From Callorhinchus milii (taxonomy: Eukaryota), in assembly GCF_018977255.1 (NCBI RefSeq), contig NW_024704743.1:47494001-47558000 (forward strand): a DNA stretch of 64,000 nt. Reading direction: 5' to 3'. This document shows, in pieces, positions 1 to 12,679 of the stretch. Each line of letters starts with the position of its first letter. The first letter of the stretch is position 1. The notes below the pieces were generated by a model that saw only the letters and a list, made by a program, of their open reading frames with translations, searched no databases and had not been told where the DNA came from. The position numbers and the translations under genes are program-made.

Positions 1-23
1 GTTATGCCTAATATGGGAGATGT

Positions 24-424
24 GGAATCTCGTAGCATAGTGGTTAGCCCATTTGCCATGCAAGCCAGAGGGCCCGTGTTTGATTCCTGGCAGGGCTAAC
101 CTTTAGGCAAGGTTCCTTACTCCACATGTCTCTGTTTACATAGCAGTAAGTTGGAATTCAGTTGTTAGTCGATTGGCGGATTGTTTTCCGGGGTTAATAA
201 TCGCTTCAAAAATAAATAAATAAAATAATAATTTGGTCACTCAATCCAAGACTGTTTGTGGGACACTGCTGTGCACAATTTATTTTTCAACACACTGTTG
301 TGCTGCATTTCGTTCATAAAATATACAGTCAATTCACTTAACAGTATATTCTGTGAAGTGCTTTGCGACATCTCAATGACATGATAAGGTGCTATATCAA
401 ATCCAATGATTATTATTTATTATT
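24..424 (+). mobile_element. tRNA-derived SINE, long variant (head, CORE-like, Deu-like, L2 tail)
   Basis: tRNA-like head gtagcatagtggttag..gtttgattcc, tctgtttacatagcagtaag segment, tttgtgggacactgctgtg, (TTA)n tail. Confidence 0.85.
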
Positions 425-3088
425 TTGTGCAGAGATGCTGTTCCACAGAACAAAGACAAACAATTAAAAAAAATTGGAAATTGAATGAAATTGCAATGGT
501 AGGGTGCTGACTTCAAAACTTTCAGCACTTAATCCCTCCTTACAAACACATGCCCACATACACCCTGCTGCTCAAGGAATAACATGTGGTTTGGAGGGTT
601 GTTCTGTAACCATCTTGAATAACCTCTGAAAATGTAATGCAAAAGGGGATGTAATATATATACCAGAGTGATGAATGGTACCTCTTCTGAGAGAGAGGTT
701 TTCTGAATGCTTGCTTACCTTTAATAGTCTAGTATTTGACACTTCAAACAATCAGCAAATATGATAATCTGTGGTTACAGTATTTTTCAACACATTTGTT
801 GTGGCATGGATGATGGAAGCTTTAGAAGTCAGTTTCTAACCTCATTGATAAATGACTAATACTAAAACCAAATCTCAGTGTTTCACATTTTGTTTAAAAA
901 CGCAAAATATTTATGGGTACTTTAGCATGAGTAATTGCTGAAGCACCATAAGTTGAGTGACCTTACTGATTGACTATGTGCAATTTTTAAAAGGATTGAG
1001 GAGAAGTGATGTGAAATTCAAAACATTATATATGTAAACGTTAACTAGTCAATGTTCAGGAAAACATAAATCATTCTGCAATGCTGCGGAAATATGTATT
1101 GCCAGCTTTTCTCAATAGATAGATTTATGTGGGGAAATATTTATTACAACTGAGCCGTAAGAAAAGCATATTGAGCCCTCAGCAACTGTGCACATTATAT
1201 TGTAATAATACAGTGAAGAAACTATTAAGAAAAAAGGCTTAATACCTGAGATTTAATTGATCTTATTTACAGCATAATTGCTCATCCATAATATGGCTCA
1301 TTGCTTTTGCCATCAAGACCTACTCAGGTTTAGATTTAGAAATAAGTTACTGACATCAGTTTTCTATTTCAAAGAAGTTTGGAAATAATACCCTAAAGAC
1401 TTATTTTTTAACCACACACAGAATCTAAATATATTCAGATTATTAGAAGAACAATTCTTTGGAACCAGCAGGTCCAAAATTTGCTTTAAAGATCCTAAGC
1501 CAAATGCTCCATTCTGACTTTCCCTGTAAAGTACCAGCTGCCACAGGCTTTCCAGCATGTTGCCATTCATCACAATCCACGTGTTGTCAATAGTCATAGC
1601 TGTATTTCAGACATATAGGTGAAATAGCACTACACATTGCAAACTGCTAAAATGAGCCGCATGGCCTTCTGTGCTGTAAATTTCTATGGTGCTGAAGATT
1701 CGTAAATATTGAATCCCGCATGTACCTGGAAGTGCTTCATGCTGACCTGCAGGGACTCCATTTCAACATTGCAAATGGCAACTTACATTTTCTGCTCTCT
1801 CTAACTTGCTGAATAATATTGATAATGTGTGGATTAAGTTACATCCACTAATAATCCAACTTCCCAAAACATTCCATAACACTATTCAAAAAGAAAAGGG
1901 AATTTCTCCCAGTCTCCTGGCTAAGAATTCCCCCATATAAAAAAAAGGCGTTCATGTTATGGCTGTTTGTAGGACAGTATACAAATCACAGCCACATTCA
2001 TCTACAAATACAGTCACTACACTTTACAGAAAAACTCTGTGAAGTGTTTTGAGATTTTTGCCGTGATAAGGTTCTGTACAAACTGCAATAATTATTAGTT
2101 ATCTAACCCTAAATCATTTATTTTTCTCGGGTTTTCTGCGGCTTTTCAAGAAAAAGGCTCTTCAAAAAGGCTGCAAGCTTGCTATGCCTTACTTATGCCT
2201 AAGTAATATTATAATTCGGTAGGGTGAAACTATGATTGGACACTCCCGAGAAACGAGGATGGGCTTATCATCATTAAAAGGTGCGAGACTGCTCGGCTCG
2301 TGGTGGCTTCTTCAAATTGTTTTTACATCAAAGAGGTAAGTACCTGACTCAGAGGAGGAGTCCTCGGGTCACAGTTGGTTTCTTGTGTTTATTACTAATT
2401 GGCTGCTAACTTTTGTAGTTCAAATTTTATTATTCCCATTGAGTCATTTTTATCCAATTTGTATAAGTTAGGCATAGGGCTGTGAGAAACTCCAATAAAA
2501 TACCTTAATCGTGCCTCTTGAGTCTCTGTATAAATCAGGAGGAAGGGGGATTTTCAGACGCAGGTTGAGCCTACATCACAGTCCTGTAGTGTGCAGGACT
2601 CTGGTGGAAGCTTCCCTCTGCTATTTATATAAAGCATTGCTAGAACCTGTCATTGTGTTGAGTGTCATTAGTGAAGTTACACATTAGATTAGGGAATTTG
2701 CACTTTCAGAGGTAGATCAAACACAGAAGCCACCTAATTTACTTCACAGGAGACACTTCACGGGTTTACATTAGGGGTGAGAACCTCAGCAGCCCAAGGT
2801 AAGGACAACTCAGTCCTGTTAAGACTTGTTTGCTTTTACCTTTCAGTAATGGTATTTTAGCAGATTGCATTTTTATTCTTAGCTTTAAAATTGTATTTTG
2901 GTAACATTAACCCTAGTAGATATATGCTGGAAAACTAAGGTTTGCTGCTGAAGAATCGGTTCCCCTAGCAATGTCATACCCTTAAAATCCCTGAAACATC
3001 TATCTACGATGGTTTACTTTCAAACTAGATGCTAAAGGTTACAATGCTATCTCCTTGATAAGATATGACAGATTATTTATCACTCACC

Positions 3089-3775
3089 AACCTGACCCTC
3101 ATACATGCCATCATTGCAACCAGGCTTGACTGTACTAACTCCCTGCTTGTCGGCCTTCCCAACTCTTCCCTCCTCGCTCCCTCCCTTCCCTCCCCTCAAC
3201 CTGACCATTTCCCCCCCTGCTCAGGTCCCGACCCAACTGTCCAGCGCCTTGGGACGTCCTCTCGACGTGAAAGGCGCTCGCTCTATAAATGCAATCTTGT
3301 TGTTGTTGTTGTTGCAGATCATCCAGAACTCTGCAGCTTGTGTCCTCACCCGCACCAGGCTCCGTGCCACCATCACTCCTACCCTCAACTGGCTCCCCAT
3401 CTCTCAAAAGATTGAGTTCAAAATTCTCGTCCTCACCTTGAAGGCCCTCCATGGCCTTGCCCCCTCCTACATCTCCGACCTGCTAACCCCTTATCAACCT
3501 GTCCGATCCTCTGCTCAACAGGCTCCAACCTGCTCCATGTCCCCCATCTAGCCCATCAGTAATTGGGCCTTCAGCCTCTCTGCCACCACCCTCTGGAACT
3601 CCATCCCCCATTCAATTCGGCTCGCTCCCTCCCTTGCCTCCTTCAAGGATATGCCTCAAGACCCTCCTCTTCGACCATGCCTTTGGCATGTAATTATGCA
3701 AACCCTCGACTGTCCAGTGCCTTGGGATGTCCTCCCAACATGAAAGGAGCTATATAAACACAAATTCGTGTTGTT
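3089..3775 (+). mobile_element. L2 3' fragment with a second L2 tail nested at about 3172-3313
   Basis: LIHAIIATRLD..LLVGLPNSSL resumes as QIIQNSAA..WLPISQKIEFKIL after the inserted tail. Confidence 0.9.
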
Positions 3776-5439
3776 ATAATAGCAATCTTTGTACTTATTA
3801 TATTAGATCTATTTTATGTTTGCATGGAAAGTGTTCCTCTACTTTTTTCAGCAACTGCTTAAAGACAGAGTCAGCTCCCACTATGTCTTATGTGAAATTA
3901 AGCCTGAAAGATCCCAGGTTTAAACCCAGTTTTTTCGTTCAAGGAACTGAGGTGAGATAACAGTAGGGGTTATTACAGTTGGCCTTAGGGTCCTTTGGGA
4001 TAGGGAAGAAAGAACTGTCATGGATTCCCACTCTTTATGTCTATTCAGGGAAACGTACGTGTGTATGAATGCTGTATAGGGACAGGGTTGTTTTGGCTGT
4101 GTTGCCTCTCCCAATGAACAGCCTGTCAACACTCACTTCCTAGCATCACACATGAAGTGAAGAGTGGTTGTTCGGTTTAAGAAATAGAAAAGATATGTAT
4201 AAAAGGTAGAAATCTATACGTACATGGAATATGCTCACATAATCAACACAATTTTGTGGATGTAACAATCTCAAAGTTATTTTATTTTTAATTAATTTTC
4301 GCCCACAAACTACAATTTACAGTATATTCTGTGAAGCCCTTTGAGACGTCTCAATGAAGTGGTAAGAAGCTATATCAAATGCAAGGATTATTATTATGGT
4401 TATAAATATTGCAACATGTCCAGTACCAAGTAATAAACCCAGATTTACAATTGAATTAATGAGTTATGGGCACGGATGGGAATGATTATATTGATAATGG
4501 ATAGTAAACCACTCTAGACACAAATCTGGCTTTTGACAGATCATGTGCCTTAAAAAAATGAGATAGTGGTATGTGTTGAACCAATATTGACAAAAAGAAG
4601 AATCCTTTCAATCGCCTGTCCATTGTGGTTGCTCAGAGGTTTTTAGAGCAATGCAGTGAGTACTATCTGCTGTCAGTAATGTTAGCAGTGCACTTTCGTT
4701 TTGGTATGTGACCAATTTTGATGTAATTTATTTTGATGAAGTCTTTATTGATCTGTGTCTGTTTCATGTGTTCTTCACTCACAGAATGGCACGCAGAAAA
4801 TAAATTTAATGACTGTACATCAATGGAAAATAGGAAAGGAAACTCATTTTATATTTTCTGTGGTCCTGGAGGCATTCTGCTAAAAAAAATGCAGAAGGGC
4901 TAGTAGATGATGAGACTATAATGTAGTACACGTGAAGAGAAAAAATCTTCTTCTATTCTTTATTCACCTTACGCTGTTGACCATTATTATGTTGATCATT
5001 TCCACTTACAAGAGGACAAATTATGGTAGCATGAACAGATCTAAAAGAGAGTTTAGAAGGAATTTCTTGACACAGAAGATGGTGAGAATGTGTAACTCAC
5101 TGCCAGAAGCTGTGGTTGAAGCAGAAAGCATTTAAGAAAAATCTTGATGCACATGGACAGGAGGAGAGAATAAAAGGGTTTGGGAGAGGTAAGGGAGAGG
5201 GAATAAGGTGGATAGATGTGGAGTATAAACTCTGGCAAGGAGTAGCTGGTCTGAATGCCCTGTTTCAGGTCTAATTGAATCTATGTAATTCTATGTAATA
5301 ACAGTTAAGCAAACCTGATCCACTGATCCATGAACATGATCCCCAGCCTCCTTGCATCCATCACGGTGAATTGGCCCAAAGCCAGCCAATGGGTTTACAA
5401 CAACTTGAATTGATTTAGTGCCCTTCACACAGGGCAGCA

Positions 5440-5802
5440 TCTCAGAGCGCTCGGAGCGATTTACTATAAAATGTAGTAGCTGTGTATTTTGTGGTAGAAC
5501 CATCAGCCAATTTGCATACACTAGTATCCCTCAAACAGCCATGAGGTGAATGATGAATTTTATCGGGGCATCGTTGGCCAGGACATAAGAGAACCCCCCT
5601 TCTCGTTTCGAGTAGTGTCAGGGCATCTTTATCATTAACGTGAACTGGCAGATGATACCTTGGTTTAACGTTTGAGCTAAAGGATGGTACCTCCAACATT
5701 GCAGTGTACCCCCAGTATTGTCCTGAAGAATTCAAAGTCCCAGCGTGGGCTTGAACTCTTCAACTTCTGACTCAGAGGCAAGAGTGCTATTAACTGAGCC
5801 AT
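5440..5802 (-). mobile_element. Older DeuSINE (SacSINE1/AmnSINE1-like)
   Basis: Head ggctcagttaatagcactcttgcctctgagtcagaag and Deu-domain aacgttaaaccaagg..aaagatgccctgacactactcgaa on the minus strand. Family name recalled from consensus. Confidence 0.75.
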
Positions 5803-5898
5803 TTGAGATAGTCATACTCTGTGCAATGGGATTTCCTTTTTATAGCAGTATCAATCTTCACAAGTGGAAAACAATGATGTATCGAACCAATCACTTAC

Positions 5899-6071
5899 CC
5901 TATTTGCCTGTTGGTAGAAGGTGCTTGTGTGATGACTGAGCTGGATGTTGGTGAAGGCATGGCTTGTTGAATTACAACGCTGGTGTCATGGTTTGACATC
6001 CTAGAGCTGGCAAGTTGGTGTGATGCTGCTCCAGACACCTGCCCTGGGACTGACCCATGCATTGATATGTT
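5899..6071 (-). CDS. CREB5: CREB5 coding exon (exon 5): NISMHGSVPGQVSGAASHQLASSRMSNHDTSVVIQQAMPSPTSSSVITQAPSTNRQI(G)
   Basis: 173 nt, polypyrimidine tract plus gaag acceptor, donor GG|gtaagt. Lies in ORF 5895..6122. Matches CREB5 VVIQQAMPSP.SSSVITQAPSTNRQIG. Later exons are outside the window. Confidence 0.96.
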
Positions 6072-7945
6072 CTTCAACAAAAGAAAAAAATCAATTAAAA
6101 TATGTACAATTTTACCCAGCATTGTAGAAAGAAGAAATGATACTCATTGTTATTGCTCCTTATCGTGTCAGAACACATCAAAGTGCTTTACAGGCAATTT
6201 CTGTGAAGTGTGAGAACTGTTTTTGGAGGCAAATTCAGAAGCCATTTATGTCAGCAAGCTCCCATAAACAGCCATAAGAAGAATTATTGTGGAGGAGAAC
6301 GTTTCTCTTTCAAATAAAGTCATGAGATCTTTACTATCTATCTGAATAGGCAGATATGATCAAACATGTTTGATGTGCCATCCAAAAGATAGCACCTTGA
6401 ACAATGCAGAACTCCCTCTCTCAGTTCTGCACTTCAGTGTCAGGTGAGCCTAGAGCCTGATTTTACTATTTTACAGAAAATTCCAAATCATTGCCCATTT
6501 AATGAACTATTTGGTTTTACTATCTGCTCATAACATACATGATATAATGTATTTGTCGTCTCTCCTTTTGATCCACTTGCACACACAGGTGACTGAGCAG
6601 TTGGACTGGCAAATAGCTTGTGTATCTGTTAATACTTCATTGCAACTGCCATAAGGAGAGCTGAGGGTACTCATCTTCTGATTATTCTCCCTCCCTTTGA
6701 AGCTGCACATAGATATTACTTAGTTAGCAGGTGAGATGAAAAATGACTCTATGGAGAAACCATGCTCAATAGCAATTTGCTTTGAATGCCAATAAACTGT
6801 GGCACCATGCCACTCCTTGAACTATTAAACCCTCTTCACATTATAAAACAGTCGTCTGAGTCCTATATCCAAAACCCATTTAATAATTGAAACGCAATAA
6901 AATAGTTGAATTCCAGGTAATAAGGCTGCTCCTGGTATCACTATCTGCACATTGCTTGTGTGTGGATTATGTGCAGGAAGCACTGCTAATGTCACTTCCT
7001 GAGAGCTGCTGGTACGTGCTATACACAAGAAGCAATGCCATTTCACTTGTTTGTGCATGTAGTAATGTTAACAGCATCCCAACAACCTGGGAAGTCGGAC
7101 ATCTTTTAGCACTGGAAGCCAGCTAGTCAGCATCGGTAGCATCATGCCTTTGGTTAGTTTGAGTCCACAAGACAGCAGTGCTGTACTCTTCCTTAGTTAG
7201 ATGTCATTGCCATCTAACTAAGCGTTCATCTTGCTCAGCGTTCTTTATTCGATTGTCTTCCTGTCAGCTTCCAACCTGGAAATATTCACTACTGACACCC
7301 TGTAAGTTTGTGACTATAACTCGCTCTTTTACCTTCCTCTCTGCTTTCTCCTCTGTTGACCACTCTATTCATCTTCACTATTTCCCCTCATGGGTCCATT
7401 TTTATGCCATTATCTGCTCGAGGCTCTACTCCTACCTCATCAACATCATTACAATGTTTTCTCATCCCACATCCTTCCGTTTCATGTCTGGCATATTCCA
7501 AGGCTCATACCTTGTTTTAAAACCTTAAGAGCAGTTCATCAAACCACTCTTTAAGTTTAATGCAATTATTTTTTGTCAATTGGGTGTCTGACAAATGGGG
7601 AAACCCATCACCATTCTTAAATATCCAAACTGAGTGTTACATGTATGCATGCCACCCATACATAGAATTTTCTCATGTCTGGCATGGAGTGTGCACTCTC
7701 TCCCCGGAGGGCTGCAGCCTGCTTACGTATATCTAGAAAATATTAGGTGCAGTTTGGCAGGAGCCAAGGCTTGGAGCGTACTGCTGAAGTTTAATACATA
7801 CAATAGCACAGTGTAGCATTAAGAGCAAAGTCTGGCAAGGCTTCAGCTTGCTGCTTATCCAGCTACCCATTTGAGCTTTGGCTTTCAGGATTAACACTTT
7901 AAAACTGTAGTGAGAAAAATCCCTGCTCCCAGTAAATAATGTTTT

Positions 7946-8090
7946 ATAATCCTTGCATTTGATATAGCGCTTTTCTAGACGTCTCAAAGCACTTCACAGA
8001 ATATACTGTAAATTGAGTTGACTGTATATTTGTGGGTGAAGCGCAGTAGCACAGCAATAGTCGTGGAAGTGACCAAATTATTTATTTATT
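7946..8090 (-). mobile_element. Same SINE family, 5'-truncated
   Basis: ataatccttgcatttgatatagcgc tail through gaccaaattattt. Confidence 0.85.
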
Positions 8091-10064
8091 TTAAACACTG
8101 TTACGGACGCAGACGTGCACGTACACTCCAACAAATACTATTTTGGTATAATCTAAATTGAGGTGAGTAATACGAGTGGTGTAAAGAAATCTAAGTGGTT
8201 TTGATAGGAAACTGATGGGACTTGGGTGAATATACGACTTAGGTGTTTATACAATTCATAAAGATAAAAGTTATGTGAGTTTTACTGTACTCCCCATTAA
8301 GAGGATTTTGCAGTGACTCCACTAAATCACTTTTATACTGCATCCTTTGCATCAATTTCATTGCAGCAAGTCAAAACTGCAGCAAATCAAGGCAAACAGT
8401 GCCACAGAAGTGGGGCGTTGGATCATCTTATATTTACAAAATTATTGGAGTAAAAGCCATCCTGTAAAGTATCATGAAGGATAGTGCATGATTTGCCTAA
8501 AGGAATACAACACTACCCTTCAGGATACTTAATGCTCATCTCAGTGTAACCTTAAAACCAGCTGTTTGGCTGTTCATTCAATGACCTGATCTGAATCACA
8601 GCTTACCTTGTCAGGTCGGGTTGCAGAAACTGTCTGGCATAGAGTTGACACTCGTGCTGTACTGTCAGTAATTGATGTCTCTTTGTTCTGCACCTCCGCC
8701 AGACTGGAAATGCCCAACCCTGATGAAGCCTATGGAAAACAGAAGAAATTCAGCAATGTGTAGAAAGAAATATGGAATGTGAAAGTGTCCGCCTGGCTTA
8801 GTTGGGTCGTATTCTTGCCTCCAAATCAAAAGGTTGTGGATTCAACCTTCCAAAAGTTTGTTGGAACTTTGAACTCACATCGTGTAAGCTGACAATCCAT
8901 TGTAGTGCTGGAGGTACACTGAAATGTTGGAGTTTTAGTCCTTCAGACGAGATGGTAAACCAAGGTCCTATCTTTCTTTTCATGTTAAAGATCCAAAAGA
9001 ACTATCTGAAAAGAGGAGGAAATTTATCCTGCTGTCCTGACCAACAATCCCCCAGATACAAATGATCCTTGCTTTTGTGGGACATTGCACAGATTGGCTA
9101 CCACATTTTCCCACAAAATACTGTGATTAAAAGCTTTGGAATACTTTGACAATTTTCCGACTCTGCCAACTTGGGATTCACAATTTGATGGCCCCAAATT
9201 TACAATTTGATATTTATAAACTAGAAGTTGCAAACTAAAGGTCACGATTAAGCGCTCTGGTCCACTACCCGGGGTGAAGGGCGCTATATAAATGTAAGTT
9301 GTTTTTGTTGATGAATTCAAAAATATGGTTTGCAAATATCTGAATTTGGACCTCATTACTGTTCAGGAGACAAATGGAAATTGTGTTGAAATGTGGGTTG
9401 GGTTGGAATTCAATGCTTATGTACTTGTATTTGATTTAGAAGTAAGTAATCTAGCAGAAAAAAAAATTCCACCTCCACCACAGAAAGAACAGAACTCCAA
9501 TTCTAGACTTTTGACTTCAGTCGGTTAATTCAGCAACTGATATAATATTTTACATTTTATTCACCAGTTGTTAAAGTCTGCAGAAATAGCCAAGTAAATT
9601 ACGCTTTATATAGAATTTAGTCTTGTAACTATCTGGTTACATTAACATTCAGGACTTTATGTGCACCTGATTGAATCTGAACACTTCATATTATTGATCT
9701 TCTAAACTTTGGCCTCAAGAAATGAAAAGAATTGACAAGTCCTAAAGTTTCTGATAAGAATTCTTCCGCAAACTATCCAGATTATATCCAGAGATAAACT
9801 TCATACCCAAATATTCTGTACAGACATTGAATGAGCTGACATTTATTTTTGGTGTTTCCTCCCACTTTCGGTTTGCCACTGCTGCCACCTGCTGCCACAG
9901 GCAGGGCAGGCTTTGACTTGATCCTTTCCACAGCTACGGTCAATGCCACTCCGTAAACAGAAAATGAGAAATACGAGTGTTGGTAATAAACTAACGTTTA
10001 GATTGTACCAAAATAGTATTTGTTTGAGTGTACGTGCACATCTGCGTCCATAACAGTGTTTAAA
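8090..10064. repeat. 68-bp inverted repeat pair (8090-8157 / 9997-10064)
   Basis: 64/68 identity by manual alignment. Confidence 0.95.
8794..9150 (+). mobile_element. Older DeuSINE (SacSINE1-like); further copies at about 6160-6450(-), 11225-11492(+), 35245-35650(-), 56150-56620(-)
   Basis: gagatggtaaaccaaggtcc..ttaaagatcc..tgtcctgaccaac Deu-domain, shared among the listed copies. Confidence 0.7.
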
Positions 10065-10969
10065 TAAAATTAATAATTGCTTGAAAAGTAATAATTTTAA
10101 AGGGTATATAAAAGAGCAGATAGCTCCAGTGGACTAGACAACACCAACACAGACACAATGGGCCAAACATTCTTCTTCTGTGCTGCAAACCTTCTGTAAT
10201 TCATGCATGAACACAAGATCTCCTGCCAGTTTACATCTCCATTTGATTTATGTTAAGTTGCTACACATCATTTTACATGGAGAGAAACATCCAGAAGACC
10301 AGCTCCCCAAAGAGAAGTACAGGGTGCTTCCCATTTTGATTTCTATCCCTCCCTTTGGGTAAGTGCTTGAGCTCCACGCATCATTCAACCATCTACTGAA
10401 AAGCAGATGCTTGTTGTTCAGGGAATTCACTTCTGCAACTCTATTGACATTTTACAACAGTGAAAGATTTAACTTTATACTTTTAATAGTGGATATTTTT
10501 CCAGTTATGAAGCATTGCCAACTCATGTCAGCTGTGAACTAAATTGAGAAAGCTCAGACTAATTTAACTTCGAACCATTAACACTGTCAGACAGAGGAGA
10601 TCTTCATCCATTCTGTCTGGACTGGATTATAACCCATTTCCCAGAGACAAAAAGACAGAAACTAACACAACGCCCACCCATTCTTCTCCGCTAGCAGCTT
10701 AAAAGGTTTTGGTGCAGTTTGCATCTGAATATTAAGAATGGAGACTGGTTTTAGATTTCACGCATAGTGTAGTTTGTTTTATAGCTGCCATCCATTTTCT
10801 AGATGGGCGGGTGGTTTATTGCTATTCTGATGTTTCTGGTTAAAGAACTAATGTACGCTATGTACAGATGAAAAATGCTTTTCATAACAGATTAGAAGAA
10901 TTAATTATGAAATGTTACATTTTTCACCCAGGAGTTTTTTTATTAGTATTGAAGGAAGCTATTTTTCGT

Positions 10970-11150
10970 TAGTCTCCTTCAAGTCCCACCTCAAAACCCT
11001 CCTCTTCGACCATGCCATTGGTCCCACCCCTTCCCCTCCCTTCTCCCTCCTGACCCCAGCTCAGGTCTGAAATTGCTGTACACTGTCCAGCGCCTCGGAA
11101 CGTCCTCCCGACGTGAAAGGCGCTATATAAATGTAACCTTGTTGTTGTTT
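10970..11150 (+). mobile_element. Short L2 3' end
   Basis: ccttcaag..ctcaaaaccctcctcttcgacc, stem-loop and (TTG)n. Confidence 0.85.
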
Positions 11151-11829
11151 TTCTTTTGGTCACCTCACATTCCAATTGTATGACAGTGGAAAAGGGCTTG
11201 CGTACCATAAGGCTCATATACCATAAAGTCTCACGTTGGGATTTTTAACTCAAAGTCTGGCATCGCACTCCAATGCAATGCTGAAAGTGTGCTGCATTGT
11301 TTATGGTCCTATTCTTCAGATGAGACATTAAAGCAAGGTCCTGTCTGCCTGTTCAGGTGGGCGTTAAAGATCCCATGGTGGTACTCAAAAAGAGAAGGGA
11401 GTTTCTCCTGGTGTCCTGGCCAACAATCCTCCAAATAAAATTGGTCATTCACTTCATGGTTGTTTGTGGGACATTGCTGCGCACAAATTGAATAATTTTA
11501 CCTGGCAGATGGTTGATCTGGACATCAGGAGAAACTCTATCTTCCCCCGCCCACCACCACCCATTCCAGACATGGGGAAATTCCTTTGTGTAGGTGGCCC
11601 ACACGTATGAAACTCTCAGTCTGGTTTGTATACTCTTGAGCTTGGAGATGGATTACCGTATGTGTCAGGCCAACAATAAAAACACACTTTTACAATACAA
11701 ATTTATATTTACACAGCACCTTTCAGTCTTAGAGGCAATACTGGTGCTAGAATGGCCCTACTGGTCATAGGACAGCATTTAATAAACTTTGCATAAAAGT
11801 CTTCAGACTTGGTCTATCTTATACATCAG

Positions 11830-12567
11830 TATTGGGATCTTGTTTGACCCTCAACTATCCTTCCTACCCCACATCTGCGCCATGACCTGCTCTGCCTTCG
11901 CCCAACTCCACAACGTCGCCCGGCTCTGCCACTGTCTCACATCACAGGCCGCCAAAACCCTCATACATGCTTTTATTACATCGAGGCTCGACTATGCAAA
12001 CTCATTGCTTGTTGGCCTCCCCAACTCTTCCCTCCACAGCCTGCAGATCATCCAGAACTCTGCAGCCCGTGTCCTCTCCTGCACTAGGCTCCGTGACCCT
12101 ATCACCCCCATCCTTGCCCAACTCACTGGCTTCCCATCACACAAAGGATACAGTTCAAGATCCAGGTCCTCACCTTCAAAGCCATCCACGGTCTTGCTCC
12201 CCTCCTACCTCTGCCACCTTCTAACCCCCTTACCATTCTGTTCACTCCCTCTGCTCAGTGGGCTCCGGCCTGCTTCACCTCCCCTACCTTGCTTGCCCCA
12301 TTATTGGCGGGCGGGCCTTCCGCCACTCTGCCCCCACCTTCTGGAACTCCATCCCACAGTCCCTCCGTCACGCCCTCTCCCTCGCTACCTTCAAGACCCA
12401 TCTCAAGACCCTCCTCTTTGATCCAGCTTTCGATCTCCCTGCTTCCCCTACTGACCTCCACCCTCCCCCACCCCTACCCCCAGCTCAGGTCCGTAATTCT
12501 GTCTGTCCAGTGTCTTGGGACGTCCTCCCGACGTGAAAGGTGCTTCACAAATGTAATTTTGTTGTTG
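11830..12567 (+). mobile_element. L2 3' fragment
   Basis: ORFs 11789..12421 (LIHAFITSRLDYANSLL) and 12258..12536. L2 tail. Confidence 0.92.
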
Positions 12568-12606
12568 TATACATTACATGTTGAAATACTCATTTTGTGT
12601 AACATT

Positions 12607-12679
12607 CTCTTCACCCAATGACTTCTGCTAGAAAGCAGTGAAGAGTCCTGCTTTCTAGCAGAAGTCATTGGGTGAAGAG
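12607..12679. repeat. Perfect 32-bp inverted repeat with 9-nt loop
   Basis: 12607-12638 ctcttcacccaatgacttctgctagaaagcag is the exact reverse complement of 12648-12679. Confidence 0.97.

Noticed and set aside
7178..7528. 116-aa ORF and similar 60-150 aa ORFs in unique intronic DNA
   Set aside because: No recognisable domains or splice-consistent structure; expected by chance with alternative start codons.
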